Assembly (NCBI GenBank): GCA_943704425.1
Contig: CALSCP010001788.1
Coordinates: forward strand, 1 to 48,784
Length of the DNA: 48,784 bases
DNA from: Ministeria vibrans ATCC 50519
Lineage: Eukaryota > Protista > Filasterea
Direction: 5' to 3'
Below the pieces are notes generated by a model. The model was not told the origin of the DNA and made no database searches. It was given only the letters and a program-made list of their open reading frames with translations. Below are positions 48,713 to 48,784 of the stretch, one piece after another (the first letter of the stretch is position 1; each line of letters starts with the position of its first letter). A program made the position numbers and the translations under genes.

Positions 48713-48784
48713 TTATAGAAATAAACTAATAGCATGATCAACTCTTATCATCTTCATATGAGATTATATTATTGTTTTTCTTTG

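Overview
Eukaryotic, very gene-dense window (about 20 spliced genes in 48.8 kb) with short GT-AG introns that are often filled with microsatellites, intergenic gaps of roughly 0-400 nt, and two small N gaps. A Notch-like EGF-repeat receptor tyrosine kinase in such a compact genome suggests a unicellular holozoan (inference, not verified). Gene order: 5'-partial giant RTK (+), sugar porter (+), USB1 (+), small unknown ORF (-), EEP/sphingomyelinase-like (-), an unusually long 930-nt structured spacer, HELQ (+), UNC93/MFSD11 (-), FANCB-like (+), ZZ/EF-hand protein (+), DUG3-DUG2 fusion (+), IMP3 (-), PPR-like protein (+), DUF6939-like (+), ALKBH7 (-), RanGAP (+), Pth (-), Pat1 (+), CAP-Gly coiled coil (-), UBE3B (+), intron-containing tRNA-Asn (+), an unidentified structured element, and 5'-partial RPN2/PSMD1 (-). 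The most notable signals are: (1) the RTK ectodomain has a complete type-1 blue-copper (cupredoxin) domain inserted inside an EGF repeat, G8-like modules, and a juxtamembrane ZU5-like domain ending in an HF/S autoproteolysis motif; (2) a candidate telomerase RNA in the long spacer; (3) a single-chain DUG3-DUG2 glutathione-degradation protein; (4) a tRNA-Asn with a 6-nt D-loop expansion; (5) a bacterial-type DUF6939/NADAR-like gene; (6) a dispersed intronic TATCACTTTG element. All domain calls come from motif recognition by eye; no searches were run.
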